From a virus, in the IMG/VR virus record IMGVR_UViG_3300027759_000080, positions 3,874 through 67,873 of that record: DNA of 64,000 nucleotides. One strand, given 5' to 3'. Under the pieces are notes generated by a model that ran no database searches, was not told the origin of the DNA, and worked only from the letters and a program-made list of their open reading frames with translations. Both the position numbers and the translations under genes were made by a program. How positions within the stretch are numbered: the stretch's first letter is position 1; each line of letters begins with the position of its first letter. Below, piece by piece: positions 38,372 through 48,956 of this stretch.

Positions 38372-39714
38372 TGGAAGATACTATAGGATTAGCAGGAAGC
38401 TTAGGCTTAATAAATAAGGGAAGCGCAGCTTTTGGCGGTAATGTGTTGACAAGAGCTTCTGACAAGGCACTTCAAATGGATGCAGCCGAAAAAAAGGCTG
38501 AGGCATTAAGATTAGCTAAACAGGCTCAGGAAGAGAAAGTGTTAGCTGGCAGAATGAAAGTTGGAGGTAAGTTTGATGAGTTAGCCAGAAAAGATGTAGA
38601 GAAGAGCACTAATGATATGCTTATGAATAAAGGATATTTAGACCCTCAAAAGCTTGCTACATACAATTTAGATATGGGAAGATACGAGGAGGCAACTAAA
38701 GAGAGAGCTGCTGCTAAAGAGATTCTAAGCAAGAATAAATATTTAATACCAGAAGCAGATAGCAAGGCATTTCAAACTCACGATATTCCGTATTTAGCAG
38801 AAAGAGCAAAAGACCCTACAAGCGGAATTACTCCAGACCCTAATTTACCAAATGTATATCGTTTAGCTACTGAGAAGCTAATTCCTAAAATTGATGTAGG
38901 AGAAGCTCTTAAAAAATCCAAAAGCCTTCTTTCAGAAGGAGATTATGATTATGGCAAAAAGACAACAGTAAACGTAAATGGCAAGGTAAAAGTTCAAGTT
39001 CCTCTAAAAGCACAATCTTTAATTAATGCTGGGCAAATATTTTTACAGGACGAGATTAATTATAAAAACTTTGCAGACGCTTATAAACCAGATATATTAA
39101 AAGTTATGCAAGCTAATCCAGCTATGGAAGAGCCTACAGCTGCTTTAAAAGTATATACTGATAAGTTATCTCAAATAGGTAAAATAGAGAGAGATGTTAC
39201 GCCTAGCAAAGGAGTAGTTATAAACAATACCTTTACATCAAGCGGAAAGGGAAGTTTTGAAAATAAAAATATAAGAATAACTGAAGTTGAGCCAACACCA
39301 ACAATTAAGCAAGGAGAATACCTTTATACTTATATTGGTAAAAAACCAGATGTAATAAACTTAAACGTAGGTGGAAAAGACGATACCATTAAGAAATTTA
39401 AAGATGTTACTTATGTGGGCAAAATAGATAATAACAAGGGATATGTTCTAGGAACTAGAAAAGCTACTTTAAAAGAAATGGAAAGCCCAGAATTTACCGC
39501 TCATTTGCAAAATGGCGGAACTACGGATAATTTCCCTGCAAAAGTAGAAGTGCCTTTATCTGTTATTAAAGGTGTTCTTCAAATAGATGAGGATACTTGG
39601 AATAAAATGAATTCTGTAGGCGGTAATTCTAAGCCAGCGGTAAAGGCATCAGCAAATGCAGTTAAAGTAATGAATCCAGTAAAAAATCCGTTAATTACAA
39701 AAAAAGGAAGATAA
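38371..39714 (+). CDS. Putative ejected/internal virion protein
   Basis: 447 aa, coupled; context. Confidence 0.5.
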   Translation: MEDTIGLAGSLGLINKGSAAFGGNVLTRASDKALQMDAAEKKAEALRLAKQAQEEKVLAGRMKVGGKFDELARKDVEKSTNDMLMNKGYLDPQKLATYNLDMGRYEEATKERAAAKEILSKNKYLIPEADSKAFQTHDIPYLAERAKDPTSGITPDPNLPNVYRLATEKLIPKIDVGEALKKSKSLLSEGDYDYGKKTTVNVNGKVKVQVPLKAQSLINAGQIFLQDEINYKNFADAYKPDILKVMQANPAMEEPTAALKVYTDKLSQIGKIERDVTPSKGVVINNTFTSSGKGSFENKNIRITEVEPTPTIKQGEYLYTYIGKKPDVINLNVGGKDDTIKKFKDVTYVGKIDNNKGYVLGTRKATLKEMESPEFTAHLQNGGTTDNFPAKVEVPLSVIKGVLQIDEDTWNKMNSVGGNSKPAVKASANAVKVMNPVKNPLITKKGR

Positions 39715-39716
39715 TT

Positions 39717-42700
39717 ATGCCAGAAGGAATAGACAAGGGATTATTAGAAGAATACATAGCAACTGCAAATAGCGGTAAATACAAATCAATGGCAGAAGTT
39801 AATGCCAAATTTCCAGAGCTAAAAGACTACAGCCCAGATTTATTAGAGGAGTATGTTGCCACTGCAAATAGTGGTAAATATAAGACTCTTGACGAAGTAA
39901 ATTCAAAATTTCCAGAATTTTCAACATCAAAAACTCCTGCTGTTCCATCGTTCTCAACAGATATGTCAAATACAAATACATTACCTGTAATGAAGAACTC
40001 TCCTCTACAGGCAAATGTAGACAAACCTGTAAAAGTAGTAGCACCGACATACATTGACCCTACAAAAGTTTTAAAAACTAAAGACGTTGTAGATATAAAT
40101 GCAGAAAAAGCTCCAAAGACAATGGCTCAAATTGACGAGGAGAGCAGGATTACTATGCAGAACAGAAATATCTTTACGCTTACGCAGAGAGGTTTAGACG
40201 AAAGTATTGAATACCAAAACTTATTAGTAAAAAAACTGGCAAAGGAATTAGGCTACACTGACGACAATTCCTTAAAAGGAACTACTGCTGTTCAAAAGTT
40301 AGCTAATGACAGACAAGAAGGATGGAAAGAAGATTATTTAGAACCAGAAGAACTAGCTCAAGTAAGAGCTTTTGAAGACTACGAAGTATTTAAAGAACAA
40401 GGGAGAGAAAAAGAATCAAACGAGGCTTTACAAAAATATTTAAACAGCAGGACTGAGTACAGAAAAAAAATAGACAACGATATAGTAGATTTAAAAGGAG
40501 AACTGGTTTCAGCAGAAGGTGATGATGCAGTATTAATAAGGGCAACCATTGCCGAGCTAGAGGCTAAAAAACTTCCTTTTTATGACCCTAAAAAGCAGAT
40601 GGAATCATTTTTAACAGAAAATGAGACAGATGTAGCAGCAGTGTCTAAACCTACAGAGACGGCTCAAGAAAAATTAAAAAAATATATACTTGCACAAGAT
40701 AATCTTGTAACTAATTTAAGAAATAGACTTGGAATTACTGGTAAAAACAATAGCTTTCAAAGGTTTACAGATGAATGGAAAGTACTACAAGGAGACAGAA
40801 GACAAAAAGATGATTTAGAACTTCTTCATAATACAGAATTAAAAATAAAGAATGCTGTTCAGATACTTGAATTAAATAGAACCCCTTTAGACAAAGACAG
40901 TGCGTGGGGCGTACTTGCTAAAGAATTTGTTGGAGAACTGATTCCTATGAAGAAAGGTTTTAGTGGAGTAGACAATACGATAGCTGCAAATATTGGCAGT
41001 ATAGTTAGGGACGCAGATATAACGTATGCCGCAAATGAAAAGCAAGTACAAACAGCTGAATTTGCTAGTAATCAATATCAGTTTGGTAGTGCAAAGTGGG
41101 TTTCTCAAAATTTAGCCCCAACACTAGCTATTATGGTCGAAATGATACCAGCGACATTGCTTACGGAAGGCTTAGGGTCGACTGGATATTTATCAAGACT
41201 AAGTAGACCTTTAAAGATTTTAGCAGAAAGAGGTAGCCTAGGTAAAGCTGGAGGAACTTTTTTTAAAGTAATACAGGCAAATAAATATGGTCGTGGTTTA
41301 TTAAAAGCTGCCGCCAGTGGTGTTAATTACGGTATAGAAAGTCAAGCAGTTACAATGCTTGCTCCTCAATTAAAAGATGAGATGGGCTTTTCTAATGGTT
41401 TATTTGCAGGGACTGTTGGTTCGATAGCTGGTCAGCTTACTGGTAAGGTAATGGAGACTAGTTTAAAGTCTATCGCTACATTATTTGGCAATAAAGCTCC
41501 ACAGGCAATTGCTGCAATAGAAAAATACGGTTCGGTAATAGCTAAAGCTAAAGAATTTAGTAATACAGTTGCAGGGGAAACTGTTGAGGAGTATGGAGAG
41601 CAATTAATGAGTATATATAAAGAAAGTGATAACTATAAAAACTTTATATATAATCTTAAGAAGCACTACGAGACCACTGACGCTTTAGAAGAGTTTGCTA
41701 CTATATTAATGATGTCGGTAGGAGCTCCAGCAGGTAGCACTTTAGGCAAAAGTTTATTTAGTGCAAGTAAAAAAGCATATAATAACCTTAGCAGAAAAGA
41801 AAGAGAAACAGCTAGTAGAATGGCGGATGAAATTCATAATGAAGTTAATCTAGCTATGGATGATGCCGCTAATCAAACTATAAGAGACGAAAATATACAA
41901 GTTCCAACTAGAAGTAATGAAGAGCAAGACAACGCTATTCTTCAAAAGCAAAAAGATTTAAAACTTCCTACAGCTCCTGAAGTAGTATTATCTGATGTTA
42001 GTAAGGCTGCCATGGCTAAAATGGAGGGTGGAGAAGCTCTGACTATTGAGGAGCTAAAAGAACTTAGTAATGAGCTTTATCAAAGATATAACGGTATATC
42101 AGCAACAAAAGACCAAGATAATAGACAGTTTACTACAGAACAAATAAACGAAACTTTAATCAAGCTAGAAAATAATATTACTTTATTAGAAAATAGTAAA
42201 AATAAATTAGAAGAGTCTGGAGAGGCTAGTATTGTTGTAAATCCAAATGAGGCAGTTACACAGGACGCTAAACCTGTAACAAGTACACCTAATACTAAAT
42301 TTTATCAAGGTGTTGATTTTAGAGCACAAACAGGGTTACCTAACGGTGACTACACAGAAGAACAAGTAAAGGCAGCTAGAGAGGCTAAATTAAAGAAAGA
42401 AGGCGTAACGCCAGCAGAAATAGAAACAATAAATGCAGAAGAAGAAATTATACCAGCAACTGAAACCCCTGCTGCACCAATTAGCGGTGTTAGTGGTGAG
42501 GTACAGGCATCTGGTGATGTAGAACAAACAACAGCTAGCGAGAATGAGGTTAAAGCCGAAGAGATAAGAAACAAACTAGATAAACTTACAGAAGGATTTG
42601 TAAATGATGGCAAAACTGAAAAAGAAGCAGAAGACTTAGCTTTTAAATCTATATCAGAAGAAGAAAAGCAAGTATTAAGAGATAGTTATAACGAATCAAG

Positions 42701-45700
42701 AAACCAACCAAAAACTAAACAAAATGATAAAGAAAACGGAACAGGGGTACAAAGTAACATCGGAGAAGGGCAAGAACCTATCAAAACCCAACCTATCGAA
42801 ACCACAGGCGGAGAAAAGATTGAAGCAAGTGGAAATGTTCAAGCATCTGAAGAAGAAGTAGTTAAACCAATAGCAGACCAAATAGAAGAGTTAAGGGTTA
42901 AAGAGAAGGCAGAGTATGATGCTATGCCTAATCAAAAAGACGATGCTAAAAGAGAAAAGATTTATGAAAAGTACAACGCCTTAATCACTCCTTTACTAGA
43001 ACAGCAAAAAGAAGAAATTAAGCAGGCTGAAAAAACCACAAGTGTGTATGTAGCTCCTTTTTACGATGCAACTGTCAAGGATATTAAAGAGGTTAAAGAT
43101 ATAGAAAAGTCTCCAGCGTATAAGAAATACATAGAAACCATGTATTCTGCGGCAGAAGCTCTTGGAATTAAAATAAAGAAAACCGTTGGAAACCTAGGTA
43201 AATACACTCACGATACAACAGGAATAGAAATAAGTGAAATATCAACTTTAGTAGAATTAGAGACAGACGATATAGAAAAAGCTACAGAATTTGCTGTATT
43301 AATGGGAGCACTTGCTCCTGAGGTTCAAGAGTCTACAATTTCGGCACAGGTTTTGAGTGAAGATGAAATAACTCCAGATAGACATACAGCTGATTTCCAT
43401 AACATAAAAGTTGACAATATAAAAGAAGCAGTAGAAATAGCAGCTTTATCAGGACTAGACCACACCATAATAGTAGCTGATAATGTTATTCAAATAATAT
43501 CGTTTAAATACTGGAGTGTTGAAGAAAATGACGAATTTGACCAAAAAGTAGAAAATTTAATACAAAAATTAAAAGAAAAAGGAATAAATTATGAAACAAA
43601 CACAAAAGCAGTTGAATCAAGATTCATTACAGCCAGCCCCTCAGAATTCACCCCTTATAACAGAGAGGACATCATCAGAAGAATGGAAGAAAAGGTCGGC
43701 AAGAACGATGGAGATACTGGGCTCGAAAAGGGACTTCTCAGACGCAGGCAAATGCTTCGTGATGCCATTCAAAATGCGAAGATAAGAAACAATGAATTTC
43801 TAAGACAGGAAAAGCTTGCTTCGGAAAGAGCCGAGTATGGCAAACTCAGAACAAAGCAAATTGAGCTAGAGAAAAATGGAGAAAGGCTATCAGACGAGGA
43901 AGTTAAAAGATTTACCGAGCTTCTTAATATCCTTATCCCTTCTACTCAAGAAACCATTAGAAATGCATCAGAAGACTACGAAGAGGCAAGAAAAGAACTT
44001 GAAAAAGTTGCCGCTAAGGTGATAGGCGACTTAGGTTTTTTATCTACTTTTGGAATTAAAAGAGCCGAAAGAGCTGCTACTAAGATACTTAGATGGTATA
44101 AAGGTAAGGCACAATGGCTTGGTGATGGTGCTAGAACAAACTTAATTGCTTACAATGAGAAGGACGTAATGGTTCTTTATAAAAAATTACAAGCACAGTT
44201 TAAGGGCGGTATAATAAGACTTGAAAAAGACCCTACTGAATTAGGATACCCTAAAAAACTTCTTGAGGTAAGAACCTCAAACGGTAAAATCGCTGAGTTT
44301 CAAGTAATGACACCTGAAGGCTATTTAGCCAAGGATGGTATTAATGGTTTTCCAGAAGAAAAAAGAGATTTTGCTGCTAAAGAGTTAGCTAAAATACAAA
44401 AAAGATTAGGTTGGTTAATACCAGATGGTGTTGGACATTATTTTTACGAGATAGAAAGAGATTTTAATGTACCTACAGACCTAAGAGAAAGAGCCAAGGC
44501 TATTAGTTTAAAATACTACAATGCATTCCTTAAAGCTGATTCAAAGTATACTGAAAAAGAATTTTTAGATGAGATTTCTCAGTTTAAGAAAGATGTTGAT
44601 GCTGCTGATAAGACAAATTGGGACAAGGGTAATAATGGAATATCTCCAGTAACTGTTAATGACTTTATAGAAGATACAAATAATCAATACGAGCCTATAA
44701 CAGTATCAGACACTAGTCACGATACATTTACCAAGGACAATGCTATAGACTACGAAGAAGATGAAAAGGAAGGTGATAACGGACGTTCTTATACCTATTT
44801 AGCATCGGTAACTGTAAGCTTAGTAGATGACGTTAGTGGCGAAACTATAGGAAGTATTACCAAACTAAAAGATGAGTATGGGGATGTTACTTGGAGTGCT
44901 GAGGATTCTGATGGTAGCGAAGTAGCTGACAATGTCGGCACTAAAAACGAGGCTCAAAGAGCTCTTGTAGAACAACATAACAAGCAAAAAGCAAAGGAGT
45001 TTAATAAAGAAAAAGCTAGGGGCATTAAGGAAAGAACTAAGCAAAGAGCTATAGAAGCAGAAAAAGCTGCAAAAGCTAAGGAAAAAGCTGAGAAAGAATC
45101 TGAAAAAGAAAAGGCTGAAAAAGAAAAAGCTGAAAAAGAAACTGAAAAAGCTAAACCAGAGCAAACTGAAAAAGAAAAGGCTAAAGAAAAAGCCAAAGAG
45201 GCTCTAAGAGCTAAAGCTGCTGCGGTTAATGCTGAGGTTGTTAGTGCCGCACAAAGAGTTCAGCAGGCTTTAGAGGCAACAGGAATAACTGTAGAAGTAA
45301 TTGATAACGAGAAAGATTTCCAAGATAAACTTGATGCTGAAGGAGTTAAAAGAGATAGCTCAGTTGGAGCTAGCGGAGTATTTATATCTAAGTCAGGTAA
45401 AATATTTATTAACGCAAGCAAGGTTGATGCCAAGTGGGGTAGTGTAGATGTATGGCACGAGGGAACTCACCCTATTATTAACATAATAAGAAACACAAAT
45501 CCTAAGTTATATAAGTCAATTATAGACGGACTAAACGAGCTAGTTGCTAGTAATCCTGAAATAGCTGCTGTTGTTGAGTGGGCACAAAGTAATTACGAAG
45601 GCGAAAACACTTTAGAGGATGAAACTATAACTGAAACCATAGCAAGAATAGCTAACGGAAATATAGACCTGTCAAAGATACCTACATCATTAAGAGACAA

Positions 45701-48419
45701 GATAATAGATTTCATTAACGGAATTGCCAAGTCTCTAGGATTAAAGCCCATGTTGAAAGGTTCTAATATCGCTACGTTCAAGAAGATGGCAAAAGAAATA
45801 TCTGCCGCACTTAAAGAAGGTAAAGATATTAGTAGCATAGTTGGAATGGACAATGTTAAAAACTTTGAAAATTTAAGAAATGAAGACGGAAGTGATTTTG
45901 ACCAATTTAAGATTTCAAATAAATTTAGAAATTTAATCAGTGGAATTACCTTTGAGTATGAATCTGATTCACAAAATTTTAAAGACTTAGTAAAGAAAGA
46001 TAAGATTACAAATAATAAAGTACTAAGTGATTTTGAGGATATGTTCGTGATGCTCCATGTACCTGATAATGCGTTTACTGGTTTTATATATAAAGATGGA
46101 GAAATATTAGTTGAAGGCAAGGGAGGTGTTTATTTCCCAATTAAATTTAATAAGGAAGGGTATTTCTGGGCTTCAACAGAGGCTGGAGTAGATAAGCTTG
46201 TAGATGTATTAAACAAGACAAGAGCTGCTAATAAAGATAAAGATGGTAAGGTAAGACTTGCATTAATATCTTCTAGAGCTCAAAAAATAATGTCTTCAAC
46301 AAATGCTTCAAATAATATGATTGAAATATTATTTTCTAAAGCATTTGACAAAAGAGCTAGACTAAGCGAGGCTCAAGTAAAGAGAGCTATATTTAATGCG
46401 TCAAATGAAATTCAGACATTATTTCAAGAAGATTATGATAAAAAAATAAAGGATTTAGAAAATAAAATAAAATCTGCTGACAATAAAATAAAGAAGAAGA
46501 TAGAAGTTAGTAAAAACGAAAAAGAAAAACGCAGTGCAGAAAAAAGCTTAAAATCCGCAAAAGCAAGCGGTGCTGTGCAAGCTCCTGTATTTAATCTTAA
46601 AGAAAGTGCTGATTCTTACATGTCAAAACTAGCTATTTTTAACAATGTAGACAACTCTTCTTTTGAAGAAAGAAAACTTTTTAATGAACTTACTTTAAAA
46701 AATATTAGAGATTTAATAAATGAAGAAGACGATAGATTAAATAAAGGAGACAAAAAGAAAGAAAGACAAGTTGCTCAAGAAATCCTTACATTTTTAGGTC
46801 AGGGTAAAGAAAGCATTAAGTTTAAAACGTCTGGAGGAAGACTTTCTACAGCCAATTTAATTGCTGGGTTTTCTGATTTATTAGGAGAGCCTACGCTAAA
46901 AGGAGAAAATTCAAATAATATTTATGCTATACTAGAAATAGATACAGATGTAGAGAAGGTAAGAATAGATGATGCACATGGTTCTTATCCATTTGCAGTA
47001 AAAGGTAAAGAAGGTTCTAGTATTGTTTTGCATATATTGCAAGATAGAAGAAATTGGCAGCAAAGTGTGTTAGACCCTGAAACCAATAAGCCTATAGGTG
47101 AAGAGGAGATAATTGATGAAGAAACTGGAGAGCCTAAGACTTATGAAAAAAGAATAGCAGAAATACTGCCACCAACAGCTGGAATAACTTTTGAGCCTAT
47201 AAAAATATCTACTAAGAGCCAACCTCAATTATCAAAAGGTAATAGAGGCAAGACAGGTAAGCCTATTAATTGGGAGCAATCAAAAGAAGGTAAGGGCGAC
47301 CCTAGTATATCTTCAAGAAATTCAATAGTACAAGAAGCTGCTAAAAACTTAAAAGAAGGTAAAATTACAAACGAAGAGTACAGGGCAACAGCTTCAGAAA
47401 ATAGCCCAATCAGAGCTATAACTAGATTTTTTAACCCAGCTACACTCCAAGAAATTAGAAATGCATTTGCTGCTGGTACAAAAAAAGATACAGAGGCGGA
47501 AAATATAAACAAGCCAGTTAAAGAAGGAACGAGAGTTGGATTAAGACTAGACATTCCAAGTTATAAGTTTAATAATACTTGGGTTGTTTCTATTCATGAG
47601 GGGTTTACAAAAGCTGGAAAAATTCTTTCATATAGCAATGTTGCTAAAATAAAAAATGTATCTTTTGAACCAGTTCCAGAAGCGGCATTAAACATAGCCA
47701 CTGGTGATAAGACAAAATCTTCAGTAGCAAGAATGTATGGCGAATGGCAAAACATTCAAGGCGGAACAATGAAAGAGCGTGGTGAAAACGCCAAGAAAAT
47801 GGTTCAGGATATTGTTAACGACCCTAACTATGTACAGGTTGGAATGAATCCATTTAGACAGTCTTATTTTTACGATAGAAGCAGCGATATTGGTAGACCA
47901 ATAAAGTCGGCAGATGAAGTAATTCAAATTGGAGGTTTAGTATATGCTAAAAACCCTGTGTACGGCAACTGGACAGATGAGGCGTATAGAGTAAAAGGAC
48001 TATTAGATGCAAATCAAAATCCTGTACAATTCTCAAAAGGAGGCAGAGATGTTCAGCCTGTTGTTGATATGATTAAAGAATCTCAGAACGAAGGTGAGTT
48101 AACTGACAAAGAAATAGCTGAAACTTTAGAAGATTATTTTCCTAAGGAAGATATTCAGGCGGCATTTGATTTAATAAATAACCCAACTGAAAATGAATCG
48201 CCAACTACTACCACAGAGCAAGCAGAGTTTACTCCAAACGTCAAAGACATAGAATCATTTAAGAAGATACTAGGAACTACAAGTGGCGCTATTAGAAACA
48301 AGAACATAGCTGAAGCTGTTAAAGTAAATCCTAAAGTTCAAGAAATCATGGATAACTTTGAAGAGCTAAAGAAACAATTGATGGCAAGCGTAGAGCTGAC
48401 CGAAGATTGTAGTTGGTAA
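39717..48419 (+). CDS. Giant polyvalent protein with RelA/SpoT-like nucleotidyltransferase and zincin-like domains
   Basis: 'IKRAERAATK...DGAR...GY...EFQVMT' (~44050-44315); 'WHEGTH' (~45455). Confidence 0.75.
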   Translation: MPEGIDKGLLEEYIATANSGKYKSMAEVNAKFPELKDYSPDLLEEYVATANSGKYKTLDEVNSKFPEFSTSKTPAVPSFSTDMSNTNTLPVMKNSPLQANVDKPVKVVAPTYIDPTKVLKTKDVVDINAEKAPKTMAQIDEESRITMQNRNIFTLTQRGLDESIEYQNLLVKKLAKELGYTDDNSLKGTTAVQKLANDRQEGWKEDYLEPEELAQVRAFEDYEVFKEQGREKESNEALQKYLNSRTEYRKKIDNDIVDLKGELVSAEGDDAVLIRATIAELEAKKLPFYDPKKQMESFLTENETDVAAVSKPTETAQEKLKKYILAQDNLVTNLRNRLGITGKNNSFQRFTDEWKVLQGDRRQKDDLELLHNTELKIKNAVQILELNRTPLDKDSAWGVLAKEFVGELIPMKKGFSGVDNTIAANIGSIVRDADITYAANEKQVQTAEFASNQYQFGSAKWVSQNLAPTLAIMVEMIPATLLTEGLGSTGYLSRLSRPLKILAERGSLGKAGGTFFKVIQANKYGRGLLKAAASGVNYGIESQAVTMLAPQLKDEMGFSNGLFAGTVGSIAGQLTGKVMETSLKSIATLFGNKAPQAIAAIEKYGSVIAKAKEFSNTVAGETVEEYGEQLMSIYKESDNYKNFIYNLKKHYETTDALEEFATILMMSVGAPAGSTLGKSLFSASKKAYNNLSRKERETASRMADEIHNEVNLAMDDAANQTIRDENIQVPTRSNEEQDNAILQKQKDLKLPTAPEVVLSDVSKAAMAKMEGGEALTIEELKELSNELYQRYNGISATKDQDNRQFTTEQINETLIKLENNITLLENSKNKLEESGEASIVVNPNEAVTQDAKPVTSTPNTKFYQGVDFRAQTGLPNGDYTEEQVKAAREAKLKKEGVTPAEIETINAEEEIIPATETPAAPISGVSGEVQASGDVEQTTASENEVKAEEIRNKLDKLTEGFVNDGKTEKEAEDLAFKSISEEEKQVLRDSYNESRNQPKTKQNDKENGTGVQSNIGEGQEPIKTQPIETTGGEKIEASGNVQASEEEVVKPIADQIEELRVKEKAEYDAMPNQKDDAKREKIYEKYNALITPLLEQQKEEIKQAEKTTSVYVAPFYDATVKDIKEVKDIEKSPAYKKYIETMYSAAEALGIKIKKTVGNLGKYTHDTTGIEISEISTLVELETDDIEKATEFAVLMGALAPEVQESTISAQVLSEDEITPDRHTADFHNIKVDNIKEAVEIAALSGLDHTIIVADNVIQIISFKYWSVEENDEFDQKVENLIQKLKEKGINYETNTKAVESRFITASPSEFTPYNREDIIRRMEEKVGKNDGDTGLEKGLLRRRQMLRDAIQNAKIRNNEFLRQEKLASERAEYGKLRTKQIELEKNGERLSDEEVKRFTELLNILIPSTQETIRNASEDYEEARKELEKVAAKVIGDLGFLSTFGIKRAERAATKILRWYKGKAQWLGDGARTNLIAYNEKDVMVLYKKLQAQFKGGIIRLEKDPTELGYPKKLLEVRTSNGKIAEFQVMTPEGYLAKDGINGFPEEKRDFAAKELAKIQKRLGWLIPDGVGHYFYEIERDFNVPTDLRERAKAISLKYYNAFLKADSKYTEKEFLDEISQFKKDVDAADKTNWDKGNNGISPVTVNDFIEDTNNQYEPITVSDTSHDTFTKDNAIDYEEDEKEGDNGRSYTYLASVTVSLVDDVSGETIGSITKLKDEYGDVTWSAEDSDGSEVADNVGTKNEAQRALVEQHNKQKAKEFNKEKARGIKERTKQRAIEAEKAAKAKEKAEKESEKEKAEKEKAEKETEKAKPEQTEKEKAKEKAKEALRAKAAAVNAEVVSAAQRVQQALEATGITVEVIDNEKDFQDKLDAEGVKRDSSVGASGVFISKSGKIFINASKVDAKWGSVDVWHEGTHPIINIIRNTNPKLYKSIIDGLNELVASNPEIAAVVEWAQSNYEGENTLEDETITETIARIANGNIDLSKIPTSLRDKIIDFINGIAKSLGLKPMLKGSNIATFKKMAKEISAALKEGKDISSIVGMDNVKNFENLRNEDGSDFDQFKISNKFRNLISGITFEYESDSQNFKDLVKKDKITNNKVLSDFEDMFVMLHVPDNAFTGFIYKDGEILVEGKGGVYFPIKFNKEGYFWASTEAGVDKLVDVLNKTRAANKDKDGKVRLALISSRAQKIMSSTNASNNMIEILFSKAFDKRARLSEAQVKRAIFNASNEIQTLFQEDYDKKIKDLENKIKSADNKIKKKIEVSKNEKEKRSAEKSLKSAKASGAVQAPVFNLKESADSYMSKLAIFNNVDNSSFEERKLFNELTLKNIRDLINEEDDRLNKGDKKKERQVAQEILTFLGQGKESIKFKTSGGRLSTANLIAGFSDLLGEPTLKGENSNNIYAILEIDTDVEKVRIDDAHGSYPFAVKGKEGSSIVLHILQDRRNWQQSVLDPETNKPIGEEEIIDEETGEPKTYEKRIAEILPPTAGITFEPIKISTKSQPQLSKGNRGKTGKPINWEQSKEGKGDPSISSRNSIVQEAAKNLKEGKITNEEYRATASENSPIRAITRFFNPATLQEIRNAFAAGTKKDTEAENINKPVKEGTRVGLRLDIPSYKFNNTWVVSIHEGFTKAGKILSYSNVAKIKNVSFEPVPEAALNIATGDKTKSSVARMYGEWQNIQGGTMKERGENAKKMVQDIVNDPNYVQVGMNPFRQSYFYDRSSDIGRPIKSADEVIQIGGLVYAKNPVYGNWTDEAYRVKGLLDANQNPVQFSKGGRDVQPVVDMIKESQNEGELTDKEIAETLEDYFPKEDIQAAFDLINNPTENESPTTTTEQAEFTPNVKDIESFKKILGTTSGAIRNKNIAEAVKVNPKVQEIMDNFEELKKQLMASVELTEDCSW
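42724..42861 (+). CDS. Nested +1-frame basic protein (45 aa)
   Basis: MIKKTEQGYKVTSEKGKNLS...AEKRLKQVEMFKHLKKK; leader AAAACTAAACAAA-ATG. Confidence 0.6.
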   Translation: MIKKTEQGYKVTSEKGKNLSKPNLSKPQAEKRLKQVEMFKHLKKK

Positions 48420-48451
48420 TAAATATATAAAAACTTAAATTTGTACACATT

Positions 48452-48946
48452 ATGAGTGAATACTATAAAATAAGTGACGAGGCTATGGAGATTATTTCTC
48501 CTTTAGCTGAAATAGAATTAGAACAGTCAACCTTCTATAATCAATTAGCTGTAACTGCTAATAGACTAGGATTTCTACGAGCACAAAAATATTTTAACCA
48601 AGAAGCTATAGAAGAGAAAGAACACTTTATGGGCTGGGTTGATTATATCTCTGGAAGGGGAAATGCTTACACTATTCCTGCTATTGGAGCAACTAAATGC
48701 AAGAGCAAGAGCTTGTATGAGCTAATAGAAATGGCATTAGCTAAAGAAACTGAGGTTAGTAAGTTATATGCAGAGCAAGGTATGAAGTTATTCAACGTAG
48801 ACCAACTTGCATATCAGAAGTTAATTGGCTACTTACAAATTCAAAACGATGCGATAATATTCTACACTGACTTGTGTGCAGTATTTGAAGGACTAGATAA
48901 GAACGGTGAGATGAGTGCTGAGCATTCGTACTTCAAGAATAAATAA
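48452..48946 (+). CDS. Ferritin-like protein
   Basis: 'ELEQS..Y', 'YF..EA.EEKEH', 'ALAKE'; own promoter TAAATTTG at 48436. Confidence 0.8.
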   Translation: MSEYYKISDEAMEIISPLAEIELEQSTFYNQLAVTANRLGFLRAQKYFNQEAIEEKEHFMGWVDYISGRGNAYTIPAIGATKCKSKSLYELIEMALAKETEVSKLYAEQGMKLFNVDQLAYQKLIGYLQIQNDAIIFYTDLCAVFEGLDKNGEMSAEHSYFKNK

Positions 48947-48956
48947 TAAAAATATT

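Noticed and set aside
44865-46120. F/S/L-rich minus-strand ORFs
   Set aside because: Antisense of E/K-rich giant gene
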